Position numbers and translations under genes: made by a program
Notes under the pieces: generated by a model
The model's input: only the letters and a program-made list of their open reading frames with translations
What the model was told of the DNA's origin: nothing
Databases searched by the model: none
Assembly (NCBI GenBank): GCA_964415615.1
Contig: CAYQAW010000002.1
Coordinates: forward strand, 1,897-65,896
Direction: 5' to 3'
Length of the DNA stretch: 64,000 nt
DNA from: an uncultured Gammaproteobacteria bacterium
GTDB taxonomy: Bacteria; Patescibacteriota; Microgenomatia; Daviesbacterales; UBA10151
Shown here: positions 19,154 to 28,281 of the stretch, in pieces
How the letters are laid out: every line of letters begins with the position of its first letter
How positions within the stretch are numbered: position 1 is the first letter of the stretch

Positions 19154-20134
19154 ATGCCCAAGAAACGAGTTAGGTCTAAGATTTCAAGAGGAAGGAGAAC
19201 TAAACTTGCCTTAGGGGTATTGGGTCTTTTGTTTATTTTGCTGGTTATATCCTGGTCAATACGTTTTGCTCAAAATTTTTTCGGTTCCAAAAATTATAGC
19301 TGGGAGGGGAAATTTAATATTAATCTTCTGGTGCGTTCCTCAGACATCTCTTTGCTTTCATATAATCCTAAAGATAATAAAGTAATAATCATTAATGTTC
19401 CTGATGAAACTTTTTTGCAAGCGCCTAGTGGATTTGGATCTTGGCAGGTTCGTAGTGTTTATGGGCTCGGAGGGGATAAGTTATTAAAAGAAACATTAAC
19501 CAATTTTTTTGCTATTCCGATAGATGGTTTTGTTGATTTGAGTGTTCTAAAACCTCCTCAATCTGCTGCTCGATTGGTTGACACATTGAGGAAAAATCCT
19601 CTCTCGGGAGTCAATTTGCTAACTTCTGTCCAGACTGATTTGACTATGTGGGAATTACTGCAATTAAAACAAGGCATAAGCTCAGTTAGGTTTGACAAGA
19701 TAAAAACCTTAGATCTTTTAAAGTTTAATGTATTGGATAAGGAAAATTTGGCAGACGGCACACCCATTTTTACCACTGATCCAGTTAAGCTGGATAGCGT
19801 TTTATCAGATTTACAAGATCCTGTAATTGTTTCAGAACACAAAAGTATAGCTGTGTTTAATGCAACAAATCATCCACAGCTTGCCCAAAAATGGGCAAGG
19901 CTGATTACTAATTTAGGAGGCAATGTCATTATTACTTCAAACGCTAAATCAGCTCTTCAAAAAACGCAGGTACTGGGAGAGCAGTCATCAACTTTAACAA
20001 GGCTGCAGCAGATATTTGATTCGGATTGTTCAAACAGTCCAAAGTGTGATAAAATTAGCGCCATGGATGAAGACATAGTTTCCTCCAGGGCACAGATAAA
20101 TTTGTTTTTAGGAGAAGACTATGCTAACAGATAA
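19154..20134 (+). CDS. LytR/CpsA/Psr-like protein with LytR_C domain
   Basis: N-terminal TM, INVPDET, IPIDGF, C-terminal IAVFNAT...LA...LFLGEDY. Confidence 0.7.
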   Translation: MPKKRVRSKISRGRRTKLALGVLGLLFILLVISWSIRFAQNFFGSKNYSWEGKFNINLLVRSSDISLLSYNPKDNKVIIINVPDETFLQAPSGFGSWQVRSVYGLGGDKLLKETLTNFFAIPIDGFVDLSVLKPPQSAARLVDTLRKNPLSGVNLLTSVQTDLTMWELLQLKQGISSVRFDKIKTLDLLKFNVLDKENLADGTPIFTTDPVKLDSVLSDLQDPVIVSEHKSIAVFNATNHPQLAQKWARLITNLGGNVIITSNAKSALQKTQVLGEQSSTLTRLQQIFDSDCSNSPKCDKISAMDEDIVSSRAQINLFLGEDYANR

Positions 20135-20137
20135 TTT

Positions 20138-20824
20138 ATGATTCTTTGGATAATACTTTTTTTACTGGTTGTTGGGATTTCATTTCTTCTGGCCTTGCGA
20201 TCAATGAGAGACTATCAGGAGATTCCTCAAACTAAAACTACAGAGTATGGTTTATTTCTGATACGCCAAATAGAAAATTTTAATGAAAATATTTTAAATT
20301 CTCTGAGAGAACATATCAATGCTGAAAGTTTAATACTTAGCATAGAAAGACTTTTTAAAGGCAAACAGACTGCGCTGGCTGTATTTGGTCCTAAAAAAGT
20401 TCTGGGTAATTTTGCTGACAGATTAAACCTATTGGAGCTTGAAGATTATGCAGCTGATTTAAATCATGAGGACACTTCTACTTGGGAAATAGGTATGAAG
20501 AATAGCAAAAATATCAGCTCTGAGAATCTAAATAATATTTTTAGAAATATGCCTGAGTTTGCAGATGAAGATCAATTTTTTTGGCAGGTAGTTCTTGGCA
20601 AAAATCGAACTCAAATCCGAGCTGCTTTTTTTAACAAGGACCTTCAAAGAAGAGAAGTACTTATCCCGTTACTGCAAAATTTAGGCGCTGGTGAACTGGT
20701 TAAAATTCCAAGACCTTTTTCTAAAGAACAAATGATGGGTTTTTATCAACTGCGGAGTGTAAGCAACGATAGCGGGATATCTGTTTTAACTTCTTCTGAA
20801 ATCACTCAGCTAATTAAGATTTAA
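20138..20824 (+). CDS. Membrane-anchored hypothetical protein
   Basis: N-terminal TM, 228 aa. Confidence 0.7.
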   Translation: MILWIILFLLVVGISFLLALRSMRDYQEIPQTKTTEYGLFLIRQIENFNENILNSLREHINAESLILSIERLFKGKQTALAVFGPKKVLGNFADRLNLLELEDYAADLNHEDTSTWEIGMKNSKNISSENLNNIFRNMPEFADEDQFFWQVVLGKNRTQIRAAFFNKDLQRREVLIPLLQNLGAGELVKIPRPFSKEQMMGFYQLRSVSNDSGISVLTSSEITQLIKI

Positions 20825-21549
20825 AGATTTTGTTCTTCTTCAGGTTCTTCTGTTTCTTCTTCATTTCTTATTCCTTCCAAAGAGGTGATGATGTTTGTTG
20901 TATTACTGGAAGGTGAATAATCCAAAAATGAGGACTGATTTTTAAACCGTTTGCTTCTGAAAGTTTCCTTAATTAAAACTGATAAACTATTTACACTAAT
21001 TGATTTAATAAATAATTCATATTTATTACCACCTTTGGTAAGCCTGAGTAAATGATGACTGATATCATCTGGCAGGACTCCAAGGTAATTGCCATTCGTA
21101 TCAACAATAGTGACCCTCCTGTTTTTAATAGCCATTGTCACTTTCATTCCACAATAAGCCTGGGATAGTTTTTGAGGCTCAGCCACATTTAAAAGATTGA
21201 CCATCTTGGTTTTACCAGGTTCTTGCAAAAATAATGAAGGAGATAATCTGTCTTTGCAATTCCAATTGGAAATTTGACCATTTGATTTAAAGGATCTCAT
21301 TATCTTGAGATTTTTTTGGGCAATAGGGTTATAAGGATCATATTTTAAGGCCTGCGAGTAATACTTTTTTGCTAAATTAGCTTTGCCAAGTTCCATATAG
21401 GCCCTGGCCTGACGGTTTAGGGCATCAACATTTTGTGGGTCTAGTTTGATTATTTTTTTGTTGATGGTTAAGGCTTCTTTCCATCTTTGATCTAAGGCTG
21501 CGTCGATTGCTTGTTGGGTGGTATTTGCAGAAATGGGGATAGAGTTCAT
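20821..21549 (-). CDS. TPR-containing protein
   Basis: DPQNVDALNR/DPYNPIA TPR-type helices. Confidence 0.8.
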   Translation of the reverse strand: MNSIPISANTTQQAIDAALDQRWKEALTINKKIIKLDPQNVDALNRQARAYMELGKANLAKKYYSQALKYDPYNPIAQKNLKIMRSFKSNGQISNWNCKDRLSPSLFLQEPGKTKMVNLLNVAEPQKLSQAYCGMKVTMAIKNRRVTIVDTNGNYLGVLPDDISHHLLRLTKGGNKYELFIKSISVNSLSVLIKETFRSKRFKNQSSFLDYSPSSNTTNIITSLEGIRNEEETEEPEEEQNL

Positions 21550-21610
21550 CTAAAAAAGAAAGTATAGAAGGTAAGAATTACCTTGTCAATTACTTCGCAG
21601 ATTATTCGGA

Positions 21611-21630
21611 TCTCACACTAGGGGTGAAAG
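21611..21630. repeat. REP-like hairpin upstream of RAYT-1 (TCTCACACTAGGGGTGAAAG)
   Basis: Similar copy CACCCCTAGGGTGAAAG at ~22375 on the other side of the gene. Confidence 0.55.
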
Positions 21631-21673
21631 TATATTGACACCCCAGGAATATTAGTTTAATCTCTATATTAAG

Positions 21674-22345
21674 ATGCCTCACAGGTTTGTGGTTTTAGCC
21701 AATGATGAAATCTATCATGTATTTAACCGCTCTATTGCTGGGACAAACATATTTGCCCAAAATCAGAAGGTAAATTTAAATAAGGCTATAGAAATAGTAA
21801 ATTACTATCGATTTCCTCAAAAAATTAGATTATCTAGATTTAAAAGCCTTCCTGAGCAATTGAAGAAGCAATATTTAGATGCTCTAGGAGGTGTTATGCC
21901 CTTGGTTGAGATTTATGCTTTTGCTTTTATGTCAAACCATTTTCATTTTCTACTCAAACAGATTCGAGACAAAGGAGTTGCTATATTCCTTGCAAATTTC
22001 CAAAATAGCTTTGCTAAGGTATTTAATCTAAAAAATGATCGGAGTGGTGCTTTATTCCAAAATGCTTTTAAAGCCAAAAGAATTGTAACTGAGGAACAAT
22101 TTATCCATGTCTCGCGCTACATTCATTTAAACCCAGTCACTGCATATATCATTGAATTTGATAAGCTAGCAAGTTTTGAGTGGACTTCATATTCTGTATA
22201 TGCTGCAGATAAACAAATTCCTTTTATCAGTTCCATTTTCTTGCTAAAAATGTTTGGGACAAAGGAAAAGTATATTAAATTTGTTGCTGATCAGGTAGAT
22301 TATCAGAGAAAGTTGGCTTATATTAAAGATTTAATAATGGAATAA
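21674..22345 (+). mobile_element. REP-associated tyrosine transposase (RAYT, Y1 HUH)
   Basis: YHVFNR, FMSNHFHFL HUH motif, YIHLNP, WTSY. Confidence 0.88.
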
Positions 22346-22392
22346 TCATTGATCCTGGTGTGTAAACCTAAATCCACCCCTAGGGTGAAAGA

Positions 22393-22564
22393 ATGATTAC
22401 TGGTGGAGATATTAAAAAACTAACTAAAAAATTTGCTACAAAGATAGATTTAGCAAGGTTAGAAATGAACCCCTCCCCGCTGCAAGCTGACGGGGTATTC
22501 TGGTTCAAAAATAAAAATGAATTTGGAGTTTGAAAGAGTAAGGGAAGAGATGGTAACTAAAGAA
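22393..22564 (+). pseudogene. Coiled-coil (FATKxDL-type) gene remnant interrupted by a miniature IS
   Basis: MITGGDIKKLTKKFATKIDLARLE|insert|IKMNLEFERVREEMVTKE. Confidence 0.5.
22465..22510 (-). mobile_element. 46-bp IS200/IS605-type miniature palindromic element
   Basis: Minus strand TTTAT|TTTTGAACCAGAATACCCCGTCAG...GGGGTTCAT; left end identical to the element at 59609. Confidence 0.75.
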
Positions 22565-22590
22565 CTCCTCGGTGTGTTAAAATATCTTTC

Positions 22591-23352
22591 ATGTCCGGGC
22601 ATTCTAAATGGTCAACAATAAAGCGACAAAAAGGTGTAGCAGATATCAAACGTGGGCAAACCTTCACTAAGCTTGCTAATGCTATTACTATTGCCACTAA
22701 ACTTGGTTCCTCAGGGGATCCAGAAGCAAATCCCAGGCTCAGGGCAGTTTTAGAAGAAGCCAAAACTGTTAATGTGCCCAAAGAAAATGTTCAGAGAGCA
22801 ATTGATAGAGGTTTAGGTAAACTGCCTGGACAGACTTTAGAAGAGGTAATTTATGAAGGTTTTGGTCCTGCAAAGGTTGCCTTTCTGATAGAAGGAGTGA
22901 CAGATAATAAAATGAGAACTACTCAGGAAATTAAAAATATTTTTGAAAGGGACGGAGGGCACATGGCAGGACAGGGAAGTGTAGCTTATATGTTTGAGAG
23001 ATGTGGGGAAATCAAAGTTCAAAGTGCAAAGTTAAAAGTTAAAAGTGAAGAAGAAGAAACCTTAGAATTAATTGATTTAGGAGCAAAAGATATAGAGAGT
23101 TTTGAAGAAGATGGCATACGAAAATATTTAGTATATACAGAAAGCTCAGAATTGAGTACTATGGGTAATAAAATTACTCAGGCTGGTTTTGGAGTGGAGT
23201 CGCAAGAGTTGATGTTTAAACCAAACATATTAGTTTCTATAAATGATTCAGAGTCAGCTAAAAAAGTGTTGGAGTTTGCTAGAAGATTAGAGGATTTGGA
23301 CGATGTGCAAAAAGTGTATGCCAATTTTGATATAGATGAGAAATTAATATAG
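22591..23352 (+). CDS. yebC: YebC/PmpR-family protein
   Basis: MSGHSKWSTIK, YEGFGP, TDN, DDVQKVYAN. Confidence 0.95.
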   Translation: MSGHSKWSTIKRQKGVADIKRGQTFTKLANAITIATKLGSSGDPEANPRLRAVLEEAKTVNVPKENVQRAIDRGLGKLPGQTLEEVIYEGFGPAKVAFLIEGVTDNKMRTTQEIKNIFERDGGHMAGQGSVAYMFERCGEIKVQSAKLKVKSEEEETLELIDLGAKDIESFEEDGIRKYLVYTESSELSTMGNKITQAGFGVESQELMFKPNILVSINDSESAKKVLEFARRLEDLDDVQKVYANFDIDEKLI

Positions 23353-23355
23353 CCT

Positions 23356-23424
23356 TCAGTCATCAGTCTTCAGCTTTCAGACTTTTCTGAATTGTCTGAT
23401 GACTGATAGCTGACAGCTGACGAC
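23356..23424. repeat. Inverted heptamer tract (TCAGTCA-type / CTGATAG-type) forming an imperfect hairpin
   Basis: cagtcatcagtcttcagctttcagac...gtctgatgactgatagctgacagctgacgac. Confidence 0.75.
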
Positions 23425-23425
23425 T

Positions 23426-23959
23426 ATGATTATATTAGGAATTGATCCTGGAACTGCTACTACTGGTTACGGAGTTATCAAAATACCTGATGATATTTTG
23501 GGAAGAGAGTTTGATTATGATATCGAACTGATTACCTATGGAAATATCAGCACACCTAAAGAGAAATTGATGCAGGACAGATTAGGTATGATTTATAGAG
23601 AACTTACTGATGTAATTGGAAAGTATAAGCCTGATCAGATGGTTTGTGAAATGTTATTTTTTGGGGCAAATACCAGAACAGCTATCATGGTGGGTCAGGC
23701 TAGGGGGGTTATAATGTTGACCGCTTCCCAGAACAGGCTTCCATTTCAGGATTATACAGGTTTGCAGGTAAAACTGATGGTGGCTGGATCAGGCAGGGCG
23801 GATAAAAATCAGGTGCATGAAGGAGTCAGGAAGTTTTTAGGCGCTAATGGCAGGAAAAGGAATAAGCTTAAAGTAAATTGGAAAGGTGGGCATCTGGATG
23901 ATGCGACAGATGCCTTAGCTATAGCTATTTGTCATGTGTTAAAATTGGCTGCGAAATAA
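23426..23959 (+). CDS. ruvC: Holliday junction resolvase
   Basis: ILGIDPG, GQARG, DDATDALAIA. Confidence 0.93.
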   Translation: MIILGIDPGTATTGYGVIKIPDDILGREFDYDIELITYGNISTPKEKLMQDRLGMIYRELTDVIGKYKPDQMVCEMLFFGANTRTAIMVGQARGVIMLTASQNRLPFQDYTGLQVKLMVAGSGRADKNQVHEGVRKFLGANGRKRNKLKVNWKGGHLDDATDALAIAICHVLKLAAK

Positions 23960-23963
23960 ACTA

Positions 23964-24746
23964 ATGAACCTAGGTTTGAATAAAAGACAGAAAATAGTCC
24001 TGACCTCGATCCTATTAACTATAGGGTTATTATCAACACAATTAGTTGATTTTAATTTAAGATTCAAATTTCTGGGGGGATTGGCACTTTTAACTTATGC
24101 TCTTTCCGTTTGGTCCCTCCGGGAAGGGTTAAATGTTTCCAAGGCTTTTGTACTGATGATTTTGCCAACTTTTTTTACTGCAGCTGTGGCCAGCTTTTAT
24201 TTTTTACTGCCAGTCAGGTGGCTTACCAGAGTACCGGTTGCATTTGTATTTGGTTTAACTTTCTACCTGTTGCTGCTGGCGCAGAATGTATTTAATGTAG
24301 CCAGTTTGAGAACAATACCTTTATATAGAGCTGCTTCAACAACAAGTTTTCTCTTTACACTGCTGTCAGCTTTTTTTATCTACCATGTAGTTTTTGCCTT
24401 TAACCTTTCATTTATCTGGAATGGGGTAGTGGTATTACTTATTAGTTTTCCCTTAATTTTGCAATTGTTTTGGGCAATTGAAATGGAGGATAAGATTCAA
24501 ACATCAATTATGGTTCAAAGTTTTATACTAAGTTTGGTCTTGGGAGAGTTAGCTTTGAGTTTTTCCTTTTGGCCTTCACCAATTACTATCAGAGCATTGT
24601 CTTTGTCATCAGCAATGTATGTTTTGCTGGGACTTTCCACACAGCATTTAAGAGGCAGGTTAAATAGGAGAGTAGTGTGGGAATATGTGGGAATAGGGGT
24701 AGTCATTTTCTTTGTGAGCTTATTTACTACATCCTGGAGTGGATAG
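23964..24746 (+). CDS. Polytopic membrane protein (DUF5656-like)
   Basis: About nine hydrophobic segments, NVFNVASLRTIPLYRAA. Confidence 0.7.
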   Translation: MNLGLNKRQKIVLTSILLTIGLLSTQLVDFNLRFKFLGGLALLTYALSVWSLREGLNVSKAFVLMILPTFFTAAVASFYFLLPVRWLTRVPVAFVFGLTFYLLLLAQNVFNVASLRTIPLYRAASTTSFLFTLLSAFFIYHVVFAFNLSFIWNGVVVLLISFPLILQLFWAIEMEDKIQTSIMVQSFILSLVLGELALSFSFWPSPITIRALSLSSAMYVLLGLSTQHLRGRLNRRVVWEYVGIGVVIFFVSLFTTSWSG

Positions 24747-25150
24747 CGTGAAAAAGGGGGAATATTTCGTGAAAAGAGTAGATGATATAGTATGGTATAG
24801 TTATAGGCATGAAGATATAAAACTATAGGATTAATTACGCTCAGTATTGGCATACATTGTGGATAAGTGCTAATTCTTCATACAATACCCGAAGGTACGC
24901 ACCGTCTGGTGCATACCAAAGTCACCATAGAGGAGAAGCACGCTGCATTGGCAGCATTTCGAGCTTACAAACTCTCGCTTCTCTTTTAGAAGAATGTTAG
25001 AATTCCCTTATCTGATGTCGCACAATGTTGGAATTTGGAATCTTGGCAGAGGAGACCTCATTTGGCTTGCTGGTTAAAATAATAAATTTAAAGAGCTAGG
25101 GTTAAAAAAGTCTTATGGTATATATTTTTGTGTTATTCCCATCCATAATT

Positions 25151-25207
25151 AGTTTATAGTTTATAGTTTATAGTTTATAGTTTATAGTTTATAGTTTTTA
25201 GTTTATT
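25151..25207. repeat. Heptamer tandem repeat (AGTTTAT)n
   Basis: About 6 perfect and 2 degenerate units in a long intergenic region. Confidence 0.85.
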
Positions 25208-25548
25208 GTTTATATCTTAGGTTTGGGTTTATAGAACAACCTAAACATTGGATGAGGAAATATAGCTCCCATCCCCCTGCAAGCCGTTTTTAGGCCCTTT
25301 ACGGGCTTCGTGCCTAAATAGCCTCAGAAGGTATAACAAGTCCAATTGTGAGTGTTATTTACAGGAAAAAAGAGGCTGGATGAGACTTGCACTCATCATG
25401 CCTAGCAAGAAATGCCTTCATAGTGTTAATAGTTTCACTTCGTAAGGATTCACCCACTGGTAATGATTTAACATTACTTCAACCCCTTAAATATTATATA
25501 GCTTATTGTTAATTTCATGCTTGACAATGTCTGCTTAGCCTTGGTATT

Positions 25549-26559
25549 ATGAGTATAATCAACCTAACGCTCATAATGTTAAGTTCAACCACTTCGTCCA
25601 AAAAGAAAATATCTTTACCTCTGTTTGACGAGTTTATGCTGCACCTGCAGATAAATAACTACTCTACTGAGACAATTTATAATTATGAACGGGATCTTCT
25701 CACATTTACCTATTTTCTTGAAAAAGAAATGCAAAAAGATTTTGATCAAATAGGTAAGTCAGATATAGAACATTATAAAGCTTATCTTCTGTCTACTGAC
25801 CGTAAAACTGCAATTTCAGAGGAGGATGCTTTAATTAAGTTGCAGAGTGGCTCTATGAATAGATTACTCTCCTCTCTTAGGAGTTATCTGAAGTTTCTTA
25901 TCTTTCAAGATTACAAGATTCCTATCCAGCCAGAACATATTAGAATGGTGAGAAAAGAAAATAAACACTACAAAGTAGCTGAGCTTCAAGAATTAACTTC
26001 CCTGATTGAGTCACCATCTGTTTTAGAAAAAGATCCTATTGTGGGGTCTCGGAACCGCGCTATGCTAGAAGTGCTTTTTGCAACAGGTATGAGAATTTCT
26101 GAACTTCTTTCCTTAAACAGAAGAGATATTGATCAAACAGGGAAGATTTTTATTATGGGTAAAGGCAAGAAGGAACGTTTTGTTTATCTTACAGAAAGAG
26201 CCAAGTCGTTGATTGACATGTATCTTTTACTGCGGAAGGATAATTTACCCGCACTATTTGTGCCTCAGAAGGGCAAAAGAATGGGAAAAAAAGATTGTCG
26301 TATCTCCCCTAACTATTTGCAGTTCAAGATTAAAAGTTATAGGGAAAAATTGGGAATTATTGTACCTACAAGCGCTCATTCACTTAGACATGGTTTTGCT
26401 ACATATTTGGCTGAGGAAGGGGCTTCCCCTGCTGCAATTCAGATTCTACTTGGTCATGAATCACTTAATACTACTACCAGATATGTAAATGCTTCAGATA
26501 AATTTGCTCAGGAAAGCCATAGGAAATATCACCCCTTATCTGAAGCAAATGACAAGTGA
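25549..26559 (+). CDS. Tyrosine recombinase (Xer-like) 1
   Basis: TGMRISEL, GKGKKER, HSLRH, LLGH, TTRY catalytic set; true start may be downstream. Confidence 0.92.
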   Translation: MSIINLTLIMLSSTTSSKKKISLPLFDEFMLHLQINNYSTETIYNYERDLLTFTYFLEKEMQKDFDQIGKSDIEHYKAYLLSTDRKTAISEEDALIKLQSGSMNRLLSSLRSYLKFLIFQDYKIPIQPEHIRMVRKENKHYKVAELQELTSLIESPSVLEKDPIVGSRNRAMLEVLFATGMRISELLSLNRRDIDQTGKIFIMGKGKKERFVYLTERAKSLIDMYLLLRKDNLPALFVPQKGKRMGKKDCRISPNYLQFKIKSYREKLGIIVPTSAHSLRHGFATYLAEEGASPAAIQILLGHESLNTTTRYVNASDKFAQESHRKYHPLSEANDK

Positions 26560-26728
26560 TGATTTTGAAAAGTACCTTGCTCTTCCTGCTACTAAGAAGG
26601 TGTTAATTCTACCCTATCCCCATTCAGCAGAAGTGAAAGTTTTTGAGTTTGCTGCCAATCCCCGTTTTTTTGAGTACATTAAACATAAACAAGCCTTTTT
26701 GAATCAGAAAAATGCAAAATTACGTTAA
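26549..26728 (+). CDS. Small hypothetical protein
   Basis: MTSDDFEKY... overlaps the recombinase 3' end. Confidence 0.4.
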   Translation: MTSDDFEKYLALPATKKVLILPYPHSAEVKVFEFAANPRFFEYIKHKQAFLNQKNAKLR

Positions 26729-26951
26729 TAAACTGCCTTCTATAAATATAAAGTGATTATTCGTTGTCGTACAATATATTTTCTTTTTGATTACTTCTGG
26801 AAACCCATTAAAATTATTTTCTAAAGCTTCTGCTGATCCTATTACCCCTGTTGCTGGACCAAATATAACTAAAAATGGGGATACTTGGAACACTACCAGT
26901 CCTACAGTAGAATTTGAACTTTGGTCTAATTTAGCTCCTGCTGCCCCATAA
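26712..26951 (+). pseudogene. Short paralog of the N-terminal module of 29799..31643 with an in-frame TGA at 26754
   Basis: MQNYVNKLPSINIK*LFVVVQYIFFL...KASADPITPVAGPNITKNGDTW...VEFEL resembles RATNPPIVFKGNNVVQRNGQW...ISLEL. Confidence 0.5.
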
Positions 26952-27045
26952 TAAGGGTTGACTCCATTAAATCGGGGTTGACAAAGCTATCCTAAATGGT
27001 TAAGTTTAGATATACAGCCTTTTACATCAAGGGAGAGCTTTTAGA

Positions 27046-28281
27046 ATGAAAAAAAAGTTATTTTTTGTAGTGTTGATAGGATTTATTTTAGGTTCTATTT
27101 TTGTTTTACCATCTGGAGTAAAAGCTGATCCTGATTACAGTAGGTGTAATCAGTATGCTAATGGAGCTCATAATCCATCGCTTCCTAGTAACCAAAATTG
27201 TAATTGGAATTGGCGATATAACAATAGTAATCCTGCTGACGGATGCTATGGTGGTGAATGGTTAGGAGATTGTTCCTCCAGTGCTGCTCCAACAGCTGCT
27301 CCAACAGCTGCTCCAACAGCTGCTCCAACAGCTGTTCCAAGTTGTTCTGTGAGCTGGAATGTCGTCCCTGCAACAGTTGCTGCCAATACTGATTTTACCA
27401 TCAGTTTTACTCAAAGAACCAGTAATGTGGGATGGGATTATGGTAGTTTGTATTTGGATGGCACATATATAGATCATACTAAGGGGAAAATATGCGGGGT
27501 TACTCCCGGGGATACACTTGGCTGTCCTGACGGTGATGTTCAATTTGGAGCCTGGGGAGGCCTTAATTCAGGGGCAGCTGGTACTCATACTTTAACCTGG
27601 AAAGTGCCTAACCGTAATATTCCTGGAGTAACATTTAACAGCTCCCCTGCTACTACGTGTACTCCATCTGCTACTTTTGTTGTTCCAAGTTGTTCTGTTA
27701 CCTGGAATGTCCCTGCAACAGTTGCTGCCAATACTGATTTTACCATCAGTTTTACTCAAAGAACCAGTAATGTGGGATGGGATTATGGTAGTTTGTATTT
27801 GGATGGCACATATATAGATCATACTAAGGGGAAAATATGCGGGGTTACTCCCGGGGATACACTTGGCTGTCCTGACGGTGATGTTCAATTTGGAGCCTGG
27901 GGAGGCCTTAATTCAGGGGCAGCTGGTACTCATACTTTAACCTGGAAAGTGCCTAACCGTGGAGGAACTTGGGGAAGTACGTCTGCTACTACGTGTACTC
28001 CATCTGCTACTTTTGTTGTTCCAACAGCAACTCCAACAGCTGCTCCAACAGCTGCTCCAACAGCTGCTCCAACAGCAACTCCTGTTGCTTCCTGTAGTGT
28101 CAGTGGTGATATTGATGGCAATGGACGTATTGAACAGGCAGACTTTGATAAGTGGAAAAGCGCTTTTATTAATGGGAATTCTATTATAAATGTCCCTCCT
28201 GCTCTTAATAATTGCGCAGATGTGGCAGTAGATCTGGTGCTTTTTAACGCTTGGAGGAGCCAATCTGTAAGACTAAGATAA
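27046..28281 (+). CDS. Secreted protein with duplicated Cys-containing domain, PTAA linkers and C-terminal dockerin-like module
   Basis: Signal peptide, two near-identical domains, GDIDGNGRIEQADF. Confidence 0.8.
   Translation: MKKKLFFVVLIGFILGSIFVLPSGVKADPDYSRCNQYANGAHNPSLPSNQNCNWNWRYNNSNPADGCYGGEWLGDCSSSAAPTAAPTAAPTAAPTAVPSCSVSWNVVPATVAANTDFTISFTQRTSNVGWDYGSLYLDGTYIDHTKGKICGVTPGDTLGCPDGDVQFGAWGGLNSGAAGTHTLTWKVPNRNIPGVTFNSSPATTCTPSATFVVPSCSVTWNVPATVAANTDFTISFTQRTSNVGWDYGSLYLDGTYIDHTKGKICGVTPGDTLGCPDGDVQFGAWGGLNSGAAGTHTLTWKVPNRGGTWGSTSATTCTPSATFVVPTATPTAAPTAAPTAAPTATPVASCSVSGDIDGNGRIEQADFDKWKSAFINGNSIINVPPALNNCADVAVDLVLFNAWRSQSVRLR
27364..27960 (+). repeat. Exact 252-bp intragenic duplication (27364-27615 and 27709-27960)
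   Basis: Direct comparison; identical peptide repeated. Confidence 0.9.

Noticed and set aside
24858-24866. DnaA box as oriC
   Set aside because: Only one clear match seen and no dnaA/dnaN nearby
24750-25548. Structured ncRNA or tRNA in the long intergenic region
   Set aside because: Some hairpins, but no recognisable tRNA, tmRNA, RNase P or riboswitch motif by eye; a covariance-model search is needed
26754-26756. In-frame TGA as evidence of genetic code 25
   Set aside because: TGA ends many intact genes here and long genes lack internal TGA; a nonsense mutation is simpler
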